A stretch of 64,000 nucleotides of DNA from Camelus ferus (GCF_009834535.1 NC_045697.1:53508001-53572000), one strand, 5' to 3'; shown: positions 1 through 13,822, counted from the first letter of the stretch. Numbers and translations are program-made. Notes: a model not told the origin generated them from the letters alone.

Positions 1-879
1 AGTTAATTAATAATGTGGTTATCAGGCAATCTATGCACATCTAAGTAGAGTTTTTCTGAAATTAACACCTTATGCCAAACACCTTTGCAAATTACATTCC
101 TTGGCATGTGCCATACAAAAGTGTTTATATTGTTTGATGCATGTAGTTAGTTGCCAATAGTTACACATTTAGCATTTGGACCCTTCACAAAAAGAATCTA
201 GATCTCTAAAACTGTTGCTCTCTATTTCTGCATGGCAGGGATATGCTGGACCTTAGTCTCATCCAACATTAGCATCTTTACCACATTATTCTCCCACTAA
301 GCTCTTTATCTGAGTATATGGGACTTAGAACACAAAAAACAAACAAATAAAACAAAACGAAACAAAAGGTCTGAGAGGTTGTAGAAATGGTTAGAGTGAC
401 AGAAAGCAAATGTATTCTTCAACCATCAGTTCTACCCTCCCCGTTTCTGATGTCAAAATTATTTTACCCTTGGTATATGCTTTTTTCATGATATTGGAAA
501 CTCATGTTTCTTTCAGATGAAAACTCACACATATGTGTACATGCACAGAAACACACACACAATGACTTTCCAATGTAACCAAAATTATTACAAGACATTC
601 TTAGAAGTTGTAGAGAAGCAACGGGTATCCGTCCACTGACCCTTCAGGTTCTTTCCCTATGTATTTCTCTCAAACCCTTTGAAGGAGTGTGGAGAACTTT
701 AAATCCAGGTAATCTCTGACTTTATTTACTTTTGGTCTCCACCCTGATCCATTTCCTTCTCAAGGCTTCCTGGCTTTTCCAGCTATTGAAACAACAGGCC
801 CTGCCTCTGTGTGTATAGTTCAAACCTTGTATATCTTAACAGCCTATGAAGTCACTGACTACAGCCTTCAGATCATATC

Positions 880-1025
880 TTTAAGCTTATTTTTCTTCCC
901 TGGAGTGAGTCTCCTGGGGCTTCTCTTGCCTGCCCTTCCAAGGACTACCATCTGTACCCAGAGGTCCCTTCGGCAGCTGCACCACTAACTGAAATTTAAA
1001 CTGAAAAAGGAAATTCAACCGCAAG
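880..1025 (+). other. Putative non-coding first exon of SULT1B1 (5' boundary unknown)
   Basis: Donor-like CAAG|GTAAAA at 1025/1026 in non-repetitive sequence ~6 kb upstream of the ATG; SULT1B1 orthologues have a non-coding first exon. Inference only. Confidence 0.35.
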
Positions 1026-2279
1026 GTAAAATTTTCTTTTTCAATCTCTTTTCTCTTCTAAGTTTTGATCTTGCATCCACAGAGCATGGTGCTCCCTGAA
1101 TGGTTTCCATTTGAACACATGTTTATAATTGGGATGTTTTTCCCTAATTGCAATTTTCTCACAGGAAATTCAGTGTTGTTGTTGACGCTATGCAGGCTTT
1201 CTCAGACTTTCAGTGATCGCTTTTACTTTTCTGGGTTCAGTGAGACTCTTGTGAAGAATGTCAGGGTTGGGGGACTTCTCATAGAACCGTAAGCCTCATA
1301 AAGGAAGAAGGAATCCACTTGTAGTCCTCCCTTCTCTTCCCCCACCCCCATGTACACACCTGCATGCGCGCGCACACACATCACTTTAACATACTTTCCA
1401 GAATACAGAACATGTTATTTAATTCACTTATTTTAGTGGCTTGATGTGGACCAAGCAGAGCTGTACTTTGTTAGGGTGAAACAAATGGAAGAGATACTAT
1501 TTTCTCATTAAAATAACCATTCAAAACAAACGAATGAGATGTATTAAAATAAACATGGTATACCCACCTGAAGAAAAAAAAAAAAAAAGAACCATTCAGG
1601 TTTAATGTCAGATGACTCGGTGTCTCCTAAGAGGGGCATTATTTTCCACTTTTCTCTTTTTTCCGTTTTTCCTTTTTAAAGCCAGTTTTAGGCATTGAGA
1701 CTTTCAGCCTGCGGCTCGATCTAACTAGGAAGACGCGCAGTGCCATGTAAACTACAGTAAGTAACCGCGTAACGTGGTCTGTCACTTTCACGTAAGACTT
1801 ACAAGATTTTTAGGAACGAATTTTTATATTCTAAAGTAAATGTCATTTATAAACCATCTTCCAGGGTATCTGACTCAATCACATTAGTTATCAGTTGTTG
1901 TATGTCTTTGGGTCCCCTCCCCTGAATTTACCTTCTCACATAATTCTAAACCTCATCATTCACTGGTCGTGATGCGGCAATGCTAATTCAGGACTGCTCC
2001 TCCTAAGTCCCTGAGTTGGTTACACCCACGTCCCAGATGTGACTAGGATGTGTTCACAATCCGCTGCTTTATTTTCATCTTGTTACTCATATCCATAGTT
2101 CTCTGACAACATTTTTGCAGCATAAGGAACGTAAGCTTTTTGTCAGAGGGTAGTTGGCTTTGTCAAAAAAAAAAAAAAAAATTCCTTACAAACTGTGAAC
2201 ACCCTTATTTGAATGAGGTAAATCAGGAACACCTTTTGACTCTGGTCAGGCCCACCGACATAGATTTGCAGTATGACTA

Positions 2280-2460
2280 AGAGCAGAGCTAGGAAAACAA
2301 GTCAATTTCTGAGTCACACACTCACTTGCTGTGTGTGTGCGGAGACTCCCTGCAACTCCGTTTCCTAATCACTCCCACAAAATGAAAGTAAGGCTTATCG
2401 TCACTGTGGGTAATGATCAGAGGTCATATATGTTAAGCACAATCAATACAATTTAATTTC
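2280..2460 (+). mobile_element. Degenerate MIR SINE
   Basis: MIR-core-like ctcacttgctgtgtg...gtttcct...aaaatg...tatatgttaagcac. Confidence 0.45.
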
Positions 2461-2542
2461 TAGGAGACGCAATTCATTTTGATGAATCATTTATGTTTAC
2501 CTTGTATTATTAGAGAGTAGATAAAAAGTGGTTTAAAATCAT

Positions 2543-2690
2543 GCTTCCTAAATTTTCTTGTGCTCATAAATCACTTGAGGATTTTATTAAAATACAGATT
2601 CTGATTCTAGATTGCGGCCTGAGATTCTGCATTTCTAACAAGCTCTCAAGTGATGACAATAGTACATGGCATTTGTACATGGACAGTATT
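2543..2690. mobile_element. MER5-type hAT-Charlie DNA transposon relic
   Basis: aatcacttgaggattttattaaaatacagattctga...ggcctgagattctgcatttctaacaagctc resembles the MER5A consensus. Confidence 0.7.
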
Positions 2691-4597
2691 TAAATAACGA
2701 TTTTGAATCAATTATACAAATATAAAATAATAGTATAAGTTACGTTAAAATAAAGAAAAAAATGGAAAAGACATGAACTAGGACCAGCACTGATATTTAA
2801 ATGTATAACATAGTGTTAATCACTTACTATGCGGGGAATAAATGTGTCTATATAATTTGTAACTGATGATATATAAAACTGTATCCTCAATATCCATTTG
2901 CTTTCTCATAATAATCTGTATACATAATAAGAGTTGGTAAGTGGAATTATATTTCTGAATTTTACATTCTGGAACCAAAGAAGAAAAAGAGGGCCTCACT
3001 TGTTTCCCTCGATTAATTCAGACTATACAAGTATTCAAATGAGATTTTGAATTGATATTTACCTTTGTATTATCTGGGAAGAAACGATTTGCTAGGAAAT
3101 TAATAGAGGAAAGCTATTTCATTTATTATGCAAAATTCAAATCTAATATCTGAATATACTATGTTGACTTCTGCTGTCATTCATCCCTTATATTCAAACT
3201 CGGAAGTAACACTATCCCCAAGGTCTTAGAAGAGTCTGGATGAGAAGTGCAGGTCTCACTATTCATTCATTCATTCATTCAGTCCATCCAGTACCTACTT
3301 TATTCCAGGTTGAGTGTTTACATACTCAATTTCTCGTCTTTCCATCTCCTCCTTTGCTAAGTTCCTGGCCATTACTTGTTCCTTTCACGAGGCTGCCAAC
3401 ATGTTCTCCAGTAATTCATGCTGGAGAATTTTTTTCTACTAGAACCTGCCCCTGCACTAACAAAGGTACTACAGAAGCAATCAGATACTTTATCAAAAAT
3501 AGAGGATAAATGAGAAGCATAGAGAAGACAGCAATTTAACATAGAATATTTAATTTAATTTTCCTAAATGCCCTCTCATTGGCACACTTGCCTTAGGCTT
3601 TTGCCTGCTCTAAACCTGTCTGTGTCTACTCTATGCTAGATTCTGCTCTGTCATTAATCTACCCTTTTCTAGGCCTCTGAGTCCCTAATTCTTCTACTCT
3701 GTGAGCAGTAAGGAAAATACAAAATTCAAATTATTTTCACCATATTTCTAGCATAAAATGCTGTCTATTTTAAGACAAAGCCATTATTCAATAACTATTT
3801 TTACTGGAGAAATTAAAAGATACATTATTTTTGTGTGCATACCCATTAATTATAAGACAGAAAATCTGACATATAATGCATGTCTTACAATGTAAAAAAT
3901 GTTTTAATGTGTCCAGCTTTCTCTCTTCTAGACTTTTTTAAGGGGTTGAGGAGTGAGGGTGGCAGCAGGATGTGGAGGAGTTACCTCTAAAATACCAGGC
4001 TGCTACACCAAAATATTTTTTTCCTAATGAAAAGCAGGTCTTTTTGTCTACAAATCAGTGTTAGGCATATGAGTTTAAGCAGCAGCTAGCTTTCATAGTA
4101 GTGATTTCACTTGTGGTCTCATTACACAAGTGACTAAGGAAAGCTGAGCAAGTGCAGCCAATGTTTAAAGTGCCCTCAGGGAAATTGGAATCACCAAATT
4201 ACTGACAAAATATTTGCCTGATAAAAACATATGTATCAATCAATTTGCCAAACAGAGGTTGGCAACCTCTGATATCTAGTCATAGTTATTTTACTAGAAG
4301 CAACAGAAGTTTATTTAAGATATTACATAATTTAGGTTGTTATTAATTCAAACTCTATTCATCTGGTTGTATCCATTATTGTTGACTGACAGATCCTCAG
4401 AAATAAACGGAACAATAGATTATGAAGAATTTTATAATGTCTACATTCTACAGTTTCTTCTATTTCTGGGACGTTTACGTTCCATGAGGGCCAGGGGGAG
4501 AGGTTGTAAAATGAGAAACACATAAGCAAGAGCAAGGCTAGAGTTTTCCTTACAAAGTTCAGTGACAATGAAGCAGAAAAAAAATGAGTAGCCCCTC

Positions 4598-5025
4598 TGT
4601 GATGGTCACTTTTGTGTGTCAACTTGATTGGACCATAGAGAGCCCAGATATTTGTTCAAACATTCCAGGTGTGTCTGTTAGTATATTTCTGGATGAGATT
4701 AGTGTTCGAATTGGTAGACTGAGTAAGACAAATTGCCCTCCCTAGCGTGAATGGGCCTTATCCACTCAGCTGAAGACTTGAGTAGCATAAAAAGGCAGAC
4801 CTTCCTGGGAGTAAGGGGAATTTCTCCTGCCTACCTTCATACTTGAACTAAAGTATTAGTTCTCCTTGGGTCTCTAGCCTGCTGGCTTTCAGATAGAAAC
4901 GACAACATTGGCTGTCCTGTGTCTCCAGCTTGCTAACTGCAGATCTTGGAATTTGTCTACCTCTACAATCATGTAAGTAAATTCTCACCCCTCTCTCTTT
5001 ACCTCTCTCTCTCCTTTGCCTGCAT

Positions 5026-5084
<59 letters not shown>

Positions 5085-5123
5085 CTCCTATTGATTCTGT
5101 TTCTCTGGAGAACCCTGACTAAT
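4598..5123 (+). mobile_element. MLT2 (ERV-L) solo LTR containing a (TG)n microsatellite at 5032-5082
   Basis: Starts TGTGATGGTCACTTTTGTGTGTCAACTTG and ends TCTGTTTCTCTGGAGAACCCTGACTAATA, the typical MLT2 termini. Confidence 0.85.
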
Positions 5124-5239
5124 AGTCTATCAAGACACAATGAGAACCTTAGCAGATCAATGAGATTCTAATTCAAGTTTAGTATTATTAGGATTATTAT
5201 GATAAGAATAGTTATTAATCAAAGAGTATACAAAGCAAT

Positions 5240-5753
5240 TTTTATATTATGTGTATACACATAAAGAGATGTATTATAAGTAATTGGCTTAGGTGATTTT
5301 AGAGGGAGGCAAGTCCCGCGATCTACAGGATGAATTGGCAAGCCACAGACCTAGAATAGCTGATGAATTAGTTCCAGTCTGAGTCTGAAAGCCCAAGAAC
5401 AGAAGAGCTAGTGGTATGGTTCCAGGTCAAAAGCTGCCAGGCTGCAAATCCAGGAAAAGCCAACGTTTTAGTTCCATTCTGGAGGCAGGGGAAAAAAACT
5501 GATGTTACAGTTTAAAGGTCATCAGGCAGGAAGCCCAATTCTTTCTTACTCAGACATTTTGTTCTAGTCAGGCCTTCAAATGATTAAATAAGGCCCACCC
5601 ACATTAGACAGAACAATCTGCTCTATTTAAGACACCGATTTACATGTTAATATCATCCTAATATACCCTCACAGAAACACCCAGAATAATATTTGACCAA
5701 GTATTTGAGCATCTCATAGCCCAATCAAGTTGACACATAAAATTAATCATCGT
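5240..5753 (-). mobile_element. MLT2 (ERV-L) LTR, reverse orientation
   Basis: caagttgacacataaaattaatcatc (~5725-5750) is the reverse complement of the MLT2 5' terminus. Confidence 0.8.
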
Positions 5754-5829
5754 AGCTTCTAACCAGGATAGAGTAACAAAAAATAAATTTGCCCTGGAAA
5801 CAACCACAATGAACAACAGTGGATAGAAA

Positions 5830-6600
5830 ACAAAAGAAGCCCTACAATTTCCCCAGCTAACTGCCTTGCGAGAATTCCCAGGCAATAGCACAGGAAGGAA
5901 AACCCCAGACACAACACCAGGCATCTAATAAAAAATATCAAGAATGACTAGCAGAAGAAGGCAACCATAGTGGAAGGAAATTTAGTCAATTGAAAACAAC
6001 CTTGAATTTACATGGATGTCAGAATTAGCAAATAAAGACATTAAACTGTCACTATTTGTATATTCAAAATGCTAAAAAAGTTGAGACAGGAGAAGTATAA
6101 TCATTCACAAAATCATCTTCTGGAGATGAAATCTACAATGTCTGAGGGAAAAATGCATTGGATGGGATTAACATCAGAGTACACATTGCAAAGGGAAAAG
6201 TTAGTGAATATGAAGAAATAGCCATAGATGTTATCCAAAATGAAACACAAAGAGAGGGAAAAAAAGATTTTTAAAAGTAAATAGAGCTTAAGTGAGCTGT
6301 GAACAACTTTTTGTGTCCTGGAGTCTCAGAAGGAAGAGAGAAAGACAGAAAAAAATAATTTGAAGAAATAACGACTGTAAATGCTATACATGCCCAATTC
6401 TCAGAAGCTCAATAAACTTGAAGCACCGGGACACACATAAACCCGGGACCATAACCACACCAAGGTATGCCATAATTTAATTGCCCGAAACTAATGATAA
6501 AGAAAGGATATCTTAGAAGCAGACAGTGAAAGCAAATGCATTATATACAGAAGATCAAAGGTAAAAAAGACAAGTTTCCTGTAAGAAAAAATGAAGTGCA
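5830..6600 (+). mobile_element. Old L1 (L1M) ORF1-region fragment
   Basis: A-rich decayed ORF1-like sequence (ggatgggattaacatcaga...gttatccaaaatgaaacacaaagaga; gaagctcaataaac). Confidence 0.65.
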
Positions 6601-6972
6601 ACTGAAGTGTAATGATAAGTGATAGGTTTATTTTTCCAGGTATTTTTAGCATACTTCTGTGAAATGTGATTTTTTTAATTCAAAGTAATACATACAGCTC
6701 CATTTCTGTCCAAAGCCTCCACTAAAGACCTTTGTTCTGCTTGTCGCAGAGCCAGCTGCTACTCTTGCAATCCACAGCTGTATGCGCATAAAAATGCCCT
6801 TTGTATTTAGACCTCTGGTGTTCAGTGGTTAAAGACCAACTTTGCTCTGTGTCAAGTTACAAAGTCTTAAGAATAACGTTACTTATTTAGCTTTTGACTT
6901 TTATCCTCTTTATTTCTCCATGATTTGATTGTGCAAATATTCTATTAAGTATTCGTACAATCTGAAACAAAA

Positions 6973-7120
6973 ATGACTTCCCAAAATGACGTCCTGAGAA
7001 AAAATCTGAAGATAGTCCGTGGCTGTCCCATCACCTACGCTTTTGCAAGTGGCTTGGAAAAGATTGAACAGTTCCAAAGTAGGCGGGATGACATAGTGAT
7101 AGCCACTTACCCCAAATCAG
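6973..7120 (+). CDS. SULT1B1: Sulfotransferase 1B1, coding exon 1 (148 bp; MTSQNDVLRK...IATYPKS/G)
   Basis: ATG at 6973; start of the PAPS-binding 5'-PSB loop TYPKSG; donor CAG|GTGAGT at 7120/7121; 148 bp is the canonical SULT1 exon size. Confidence 0.96.
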
Positions 7121-7240
7121 GTGAGTTTTTTTCCCAGACAAATGTGGGTCTGACTTTGACTTTTATTTCCTGAAAATTAGCTTCTCTACAAAATCATTAA
7201 TGTTCTAAATAAAATTAGCATTCTTAGCAGTCAGTATAGC

Positions 7241-7861
7241 TGATTCAAGAAAACCAGATGTGGGGCGTGAGAAGGGCTGTGTCCCAGGCTTTGGTTGAGC
7301 CCCTGGGACGTGCCACGCCAAGTGTGGGTCCTTGGCTTCACACAGGAAAGAATTCAAGAGTGAGTCACAGTTGAGTGAAGGAAGATTTATTCAGGCAAGA
7401 GAAAGGCAAGAGAAAGGCCACGAGGTGTGGGGGTTGGGTACTCAGATTAAAAGTAGGTACACATTCCACAGAGAGTGTGGGCCATCTCCCGACGAATGGA
7501 GAGAAAGAGGCCGGGCCCATGAGGGGCAGTGTTGCCCATTTTTATGGGCTTTGGTAGCTTCATATGCAAATCAGTGGAAGGACCAGTCTAACTAGCCTGG
7601 GGAAGGGGCTGGGATTCCCAGGAAGGTGGCCGTTTCCCACTCTTGGACCTTTTGTGGCTAGCCTTGGGGCTGCCATGGTGCCTGCTATTCACCATGCTAA
7701 CATATTACAATAAGAATATAATGAAGCTCAAGGTCTACTAGAAGTCAAATCTCCCACCATCTTGAGCCTCAGGGCCTGCTGGGGGTTGACTCTTCCACCA
7801 TTTTGATGTTATTCGCTGTAGCATTCCTTGAATGGCTGTGCCCTGCCCCCTTCCTGTCTCG
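7241..7861 (-). mobile_element. ERV1-type solo LTR (621 bp), antisense in the SULT1B1 intron between coding exons 1 and 2
   Basis: TG...CG termini (decayed CA); 4-bp TSD TAGC at 7237-7240 and 7862-7865; minus-strand AATAAA (tttatt ~7386-7391). Confidence 0.8.
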
Positions 7862-7955
7862 TAGCCATCTACTTTGAGTATACTAAAAAGGGCATTTAGG
7901 CATAGAACGGGAAACTGCAGAATTAAGTTTCTAAGAGAATATATTAAGATAGTAG

Positions 7956-8201
<246 letters not shown>

Positions 8202-8369
8202 TAACTAAAATTTTGGTTGATAGGCAAAAATGTTTCTTGTCTTTTACTGAGTTTTTTTGTGCAGAATTTACCAGATTAGGACAATAATTTCTTAATTTTG
8301 GACATTGCTGAAATTAAATAAGTAAAGAAATACCAATGCCTCTCAAAATATAAAACTTATTATTAATTG

Positions 8370-8900
8370 AATTCATTTTTCATTCTACAAATATTTATTC
8401 ATCGTTTCTAAGAACTAGGCACTATGTTATGGGCTAGATATAAAGTGATCAGGAAATTAGATGCCCTGCCCACAAGGAGCTTGCAATAATATTGTGACAT
8501 TAAACAAGTAAATAAACTAACAATACATGAATATTATTGGTCAATGTATCCAAAGAATAGGGCTCTAAAGAGAACAAGAGGAGAGTTTTCTTTCAATTGG
8601 ATATTCAGGGATATCAACTGTGAATGGAGACCTAAAGCCACACATGTAGTTGGAGAAAGCATATTTCAGGACTTGTGGGTATGAGGCCCTAGATGCAGAA
8701 AAGACCTTGGTTTAGTCCAGGGACTGAAAAAAACCCACCACCACAACAACAATGAAAGACAGGAAAAGTGAGAACAATTGGAGACTAGACAGAAATCACG
8801 TAGGGCTTGTAATTTTCAAGAAATACTCAGTGAGCTAAGAAAGAATCAGCAGGGTGTGGTGTTCTGTAGGCAAGTGATAAGGGTTCAAAAAGCAAGGCCT
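8370..8900 (-). mobile_element. L2 fragment
   Basis: L2 3'-end signature attcatt...caaatatttatt...ctaggcactatg...ccctgcccacaaggagctt. Confidence 0.55.
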
Positions 8901-9671
8901 GCCTTTCCCACGCTGCTAGAAACCTGGGATAAGAAGACTGTAGTATGATGGTGAATATCTATAAATTTAAAGAGCAGAATCCAAATTCCTCCCCTTTGGG
9001 AGCCATTTACTTCCATAGGCAGAGAAGGATCAACAGAGGTGTCATTCCTTCTATGTGGCTGCCTAAAATCAGAAAGCAAATGATAAAGCTTAGAACTAAA
9101 GGATTATTCTGGGACAAGCAACCAAAATGAATGCAAGAGTGCGCTGACTCCAGAGCCATAGAAAAGTCTGAAATAACAAGTGACAGAATCTAAGTAACCA
9201 GGGACAGGGGAGTCAGGGATTACGGGCAGAGACCAAGGGGTGCGGGTGGGGAGTGAGGCTGTGGGGCATCACCAGAGAGTGAGCAGGGGAGGTTCAGCAG
9301 GTAGAGTAGAGGAAACTGTTGCTCAGATTTACCCTGGAGCCTGAATGTGAATACTTGCAATGCCATTATGTACTCCCAGCAATCATGTTTGTGCATGTAC
9401 AGGGTTCATTGAAAGGACTTCACGTAGCAAAAGAATTACAAGATGGGAGAGGGTGAGAAATCTTTTGGTGAAGTTGAGGAAGGAAAGAGAAAGAATGGAT
9501 AGGGAAAACTTCGTAAAACAAACAGACATAAAATTCCTCGTCATGGCATTGAGGAAGAGTGCGCTGTGGGAGATTGTGATTTCTCACTTCTGCATGCTGG
9601 ATAAAGTGGTTGTAGCTACCAGTGGAAGCATAATGAAATGCCTGGTAGAATTTTACAGATGTATAATTAAC

Positions 9672-9856
9672 GCTTCCAGATAAAATCCAGGATACCAAAT
9701 TAAATTTGAAAATCAGATACATAGCTCTTTTATTTAGTGTAAGTATATCCCAAATGGTTCAGAGGAGATACTTATACTAATAGGTGTCTGTTGTCTACCT
9801 GAAATTCAGATTTAACTGGGATTCTTGTATATTTATTTCCTAAGTCTGCCAACCCT
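9672..9856. mobile_element. MER53 palindromic hAT MITE
   Basis: ccagataaaatccaggataccaaattaaatttgaa...aagtatatcccaaat...gatacttatactaa...gaaattcagatttaactggg...ctgccaaccct resembles the self-complementary MER53 consensus. Confidence 0.75.
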
Positions 9857-11245
9857 CTCTGCACTGATTTTACGGGGTTCTTCATACAACCATGTGCTAT
9901 GACCTGTTCTCCCCAGAATATTTATTGGTGAACAAAACAAGCTACATCCCTGCTCTTATGGAATCTCCATTTCAGTGCATGTGTTTGGGAATGAAGATGG
10001 GAAGAGGTATGGGAACTGACAATAAACAAACAAATATAAACTGTCAGACAAAAATAAGTGCTGTATAGAACATTTTTAAAAGGATGCTATATTAGAAATT
10101 GAGTGGCTTTTTAGCATATGTAATTAAGTTTTGTAAATAACTGAAGCATAGTATTGCTTTGAATGAGTGAGTCAGGTATAATGTGGGGCAAGTGTGCCAC
10201 TGTATGCAAAAGATGGGAAGATAATATAGGATTAATAGGTAATCTATAGGTTAGCTTGGATATAAGTAATACTGTGAAAAAAAATGCATAGGACTCTAAG
10301 ATTTATTGGATGTGAGACTTGGAGGAGGAGACTACTATAATTGAGATTTTAAGATCGATGACTCTGTAGGGGATGGCATCATTAACAGATATATCTGAGC
10401 TATGAGAAAGGCCACTGAGTCCATTAAAAAGTCATAAATTAAAAGGATTAGCCCAGCTCTTCCTAGTCTATGTCTGAAATTCTATGAGTATGCCTTTACT
10501 CCAAAAGTGCCTTCTGACTGGGCAAGTTATTTACATAGTGATCCAGGCCCCTGGGATCTTCCCAGCTCTTAATATAGAAAATAAATGGATACTTTCTGTC
10601 TCAAGAAGTTTGTATATCCCTAACCCAAAGACTTAATTTGAAACTAAATTCTACCATATGTTAGGTGTATGACTTTGGAGAGTTTAGCTAATACCCAAAA
10701 ACTATACAACAATTTCATTTGGTATTTATGTAGTATATGTATGTATATATAATATATGACACATAAAGGAAATAACGAAAATGCAGATACAGCAGCTGAT
10801 GCTATACAAAGATATCATCTATACTAACATAGCTGCCACAAAATAATAGTCTATGTGAGAATTACTAGCTGTCAATATCTCTTTGACATAAAAAAACATT
10901 TTTATAATTATTTATAATAATGCACATTATAAAACTCCAAATTGCTAAAGTTGGTATAACTACTCCTTATTTTGGAGGTGAAGAAAGTGAAGCCTAGAGA
11001 CTGAGATACTTCCAGATGTTTCAATGATAAATAAGAGATGAAAGGATTTGAACGAAAGAGCTAACCACAGAACCCAAGCTCTTAACCATTAGAAAATACT
11101 GCCTCTTAGAATGCTTGTGAATGGTTCAAAATTTGACAGCATTATATACTGCTTAGAAATATCCTGAAAGGTTGGTTGAGAAAATCAGGAAATGCAGGCT
11201 CTTTGGAAACTCTAGTATCTCTATAATCAAACCAAATTTTCCCAG

Positions 11246-11343
11246 GGATAGAACAATTAGAGAAGAATCCATCACCCCGGCTTGTGAAGACACATCTACC
11301 AATCGATCTCATTCCCAAGTCTTTCTGGGAAAACAACTGCAAG
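11246..11343 (+). CDS. SULT1B1: SULT1B1 coding exon 3 (98 bp; GIEQLEKNPSPRLVKTHLPIDLIPKSFWENNCK)
   Basis: Acceptor TTTTCCCAG|, donor AAG|GTATAC; contains KTH with the catalytic His. The ORF track shows a different frame here. Confidence 0.96.
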
Positions 11344-11859
11344 GTATACTCATTTACAAGTCAATTCTTTAACGTGTGGCCCTTGCCTCTTTCTCATTCA
11401 CACAGTAATAAAGTTAATGGCTCAAATGTTTTGTTTACTTGTTACCATGAGAACTGAGCTACATATGAAAGTGTTTCAGTTTAAAAAATACATGGTTAGC
11501 CTAAACCTACATACTCAAATTTTCCAAAGTGATGTAGCAACAAGATCCTTATCTCAGCACAGTATTGCTAATCTTATTTCCCAGCTGTCTGAGATATTCT
11601 GACCTTCTCTGAAAACTCAACGTAAGGATGTCGGTACTTATTTAATTGTTCGGTAAAGTTCTCTAGTGAGACACTTCAGCCTAGATACTCGCTTTGGGGA
11701 AACTTTTAAATTTGAGATTCAATTTTTTTCAATAACTGTGAAGCTATTCAGGTTATCTATCTGACCTTTGCTAGTTTGTGATACGTAAGGAATTCTGAGT
11801 TGTTGAATTTTGTAATGAAAAGTTGTTAATAATATTCTCTTCTTATTCTTTCTTTTAAG

Positions 11860-12800
11860 ACTTTATTTTTACAGTAATTTTATTTATTTTTAAAGCACTT
11901 TTAGATTAGCAGCGAAGTTGAAAGGATGTTAAAGAGATTTTCCATATCGCCTCTGCTCCCACATCCATAGATTCCTCCTTAGCACTCTCTCTCACGTCTC
12001 ACCGGAGTGGTACACTTATTACAACTGATGAACCTACATGGATACATTATTATCTCCCAAAGTCCATAATTTACATAAGGGTTCACTCCTGCTGTTGTTC
12101 ATTCCATGGGTTTTTACAAATGCATGATGACATGTATATATAATATTATAGTATCATACAGTGCAGTTTCACTGCCCTCTTAATTCCTCTGTGCCCCACC
12201 TACTCCTGCAACCCTGGCAACCACTGACCTTTCTATTGTCTCTGTGGTTTTACCTTTTCCAGAATGTCATATAGTTAGAATCATACAATATTTAGCCTTT
12301 TCAGATTGTATTCTTTCACTTAGTAATATGCATTTAATATTCTTTCATGCCTTTTCATGGCTTGATAACTTGTTTTCTTTTTAGTGCCAAATAATATTCC
12401 ATTGTCTGGAGGTACCACAGTTTATCCATTCACCTACTGAAGGGCACTTTGGTTGCTTCCAAGTTTTGGCAATTATAAATAAAGCTGATATAAACATCCA
12501 TTTGCAGGTTTTTGTGAGGTCTTTATTTTTCAACTCCTTTGGGTAAATACCAGGTAGTGCGACTTCTGGATCATTGATACGTTAAGTTTTGTAAGAAACT
12601 GCTAAAATGTCTTACAAAGTAGCAGTACCACTTGGCATTCCCACTAGAAATGAATGAGAGTTCCTGTTGTTCCACATCCACACCAGGATATGATGATGTC
12701 AGTGTTCTGGATTTTGGCCATTCTACTAAGTGTGGAGTGGTGTCTCAGTATCACTTTAATTTGCATTTTCCTGATGACATAGGAGGTGGAACATCTTTTT
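11860..12800 (-). mobile_element. L1MA/MB-type 3' end, nested in an older L1 fragment (~11700-12980)
   Basis: Reverse L1 3' UTR and ORF2-end motifs (ggttgcttccaagttttggcaattataaataaagctg; ttgcattttcctgatgac). Confidence 0.8.
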
Positions 12801-13037
12801 ATACTATTATAATTCTTTTATTAGTTGCAGGATTTGTTGTGATACCTCCTGTTAGTAATTTGTGTCTTCTGTATTTATTTTGCCATTCTTGATAGATGTT
12901 TATCAATTTTATTGATTTTTTTAAAAAGATTCAGCTTTTGGTTTCATTAGTTTTCTTAATGTTTTCCTGTTTTTAATTTCATGGATTTCAAATCTGTTGT
13001 TTTATGTGCCTATATGTTACATTTGTTTCTTCAGTAA

Positions 13038-13208
<171 letters not shown>

Positions 13209-13822
13209 TAGGCCTTGGCTTAAAATTAATAATTTAAAAAAAATGTAATATAATACTATTAATCATTACTGGCATGTATTTTCCTTTCAAAACACAGTAA
13301 CAAGTACATTCAAATTGCATTTTAAAAAATTAAATCAAATACATCTAGTATTTTATTATGGTATTCTAGTATTCAGTAGGTAAACCTGGTCTTAAACATT
13401 GACTTAATGAATATATTCTCAAATCTCTTTTCAGTTGCTAAAAATCTAATCTTAGTCCCTGCTTACAATAGAAATTATTTAAACTGCCAAAATCATTAGT
13501 TAGATCTGTTATACATGCACAGTACTTAGATAAATAGTTGATATGAGTACTTCATAAAAGTATAGTTTTCTTCCATGTGAGGCTAAGTATAACCTACTGG
13601 AGGTCAATCTATTTTCATTTGAAGTGCTTCTTTTGTGCTTCTTTATATATTTTTAAAAATCTGACTGTTTATACATCCATCAATGGCTGATTATCTATGT
13701 AATTATTTAAATTGGCTTTATAGTCTCAGCTCCCTTGATTACTAAATTCCACAAAATGTTTGTACAATTTGTCTCATTGCTCACAAACAAATCTTCAATC
13801 TGATGAATCCTTGTGGAATTAG

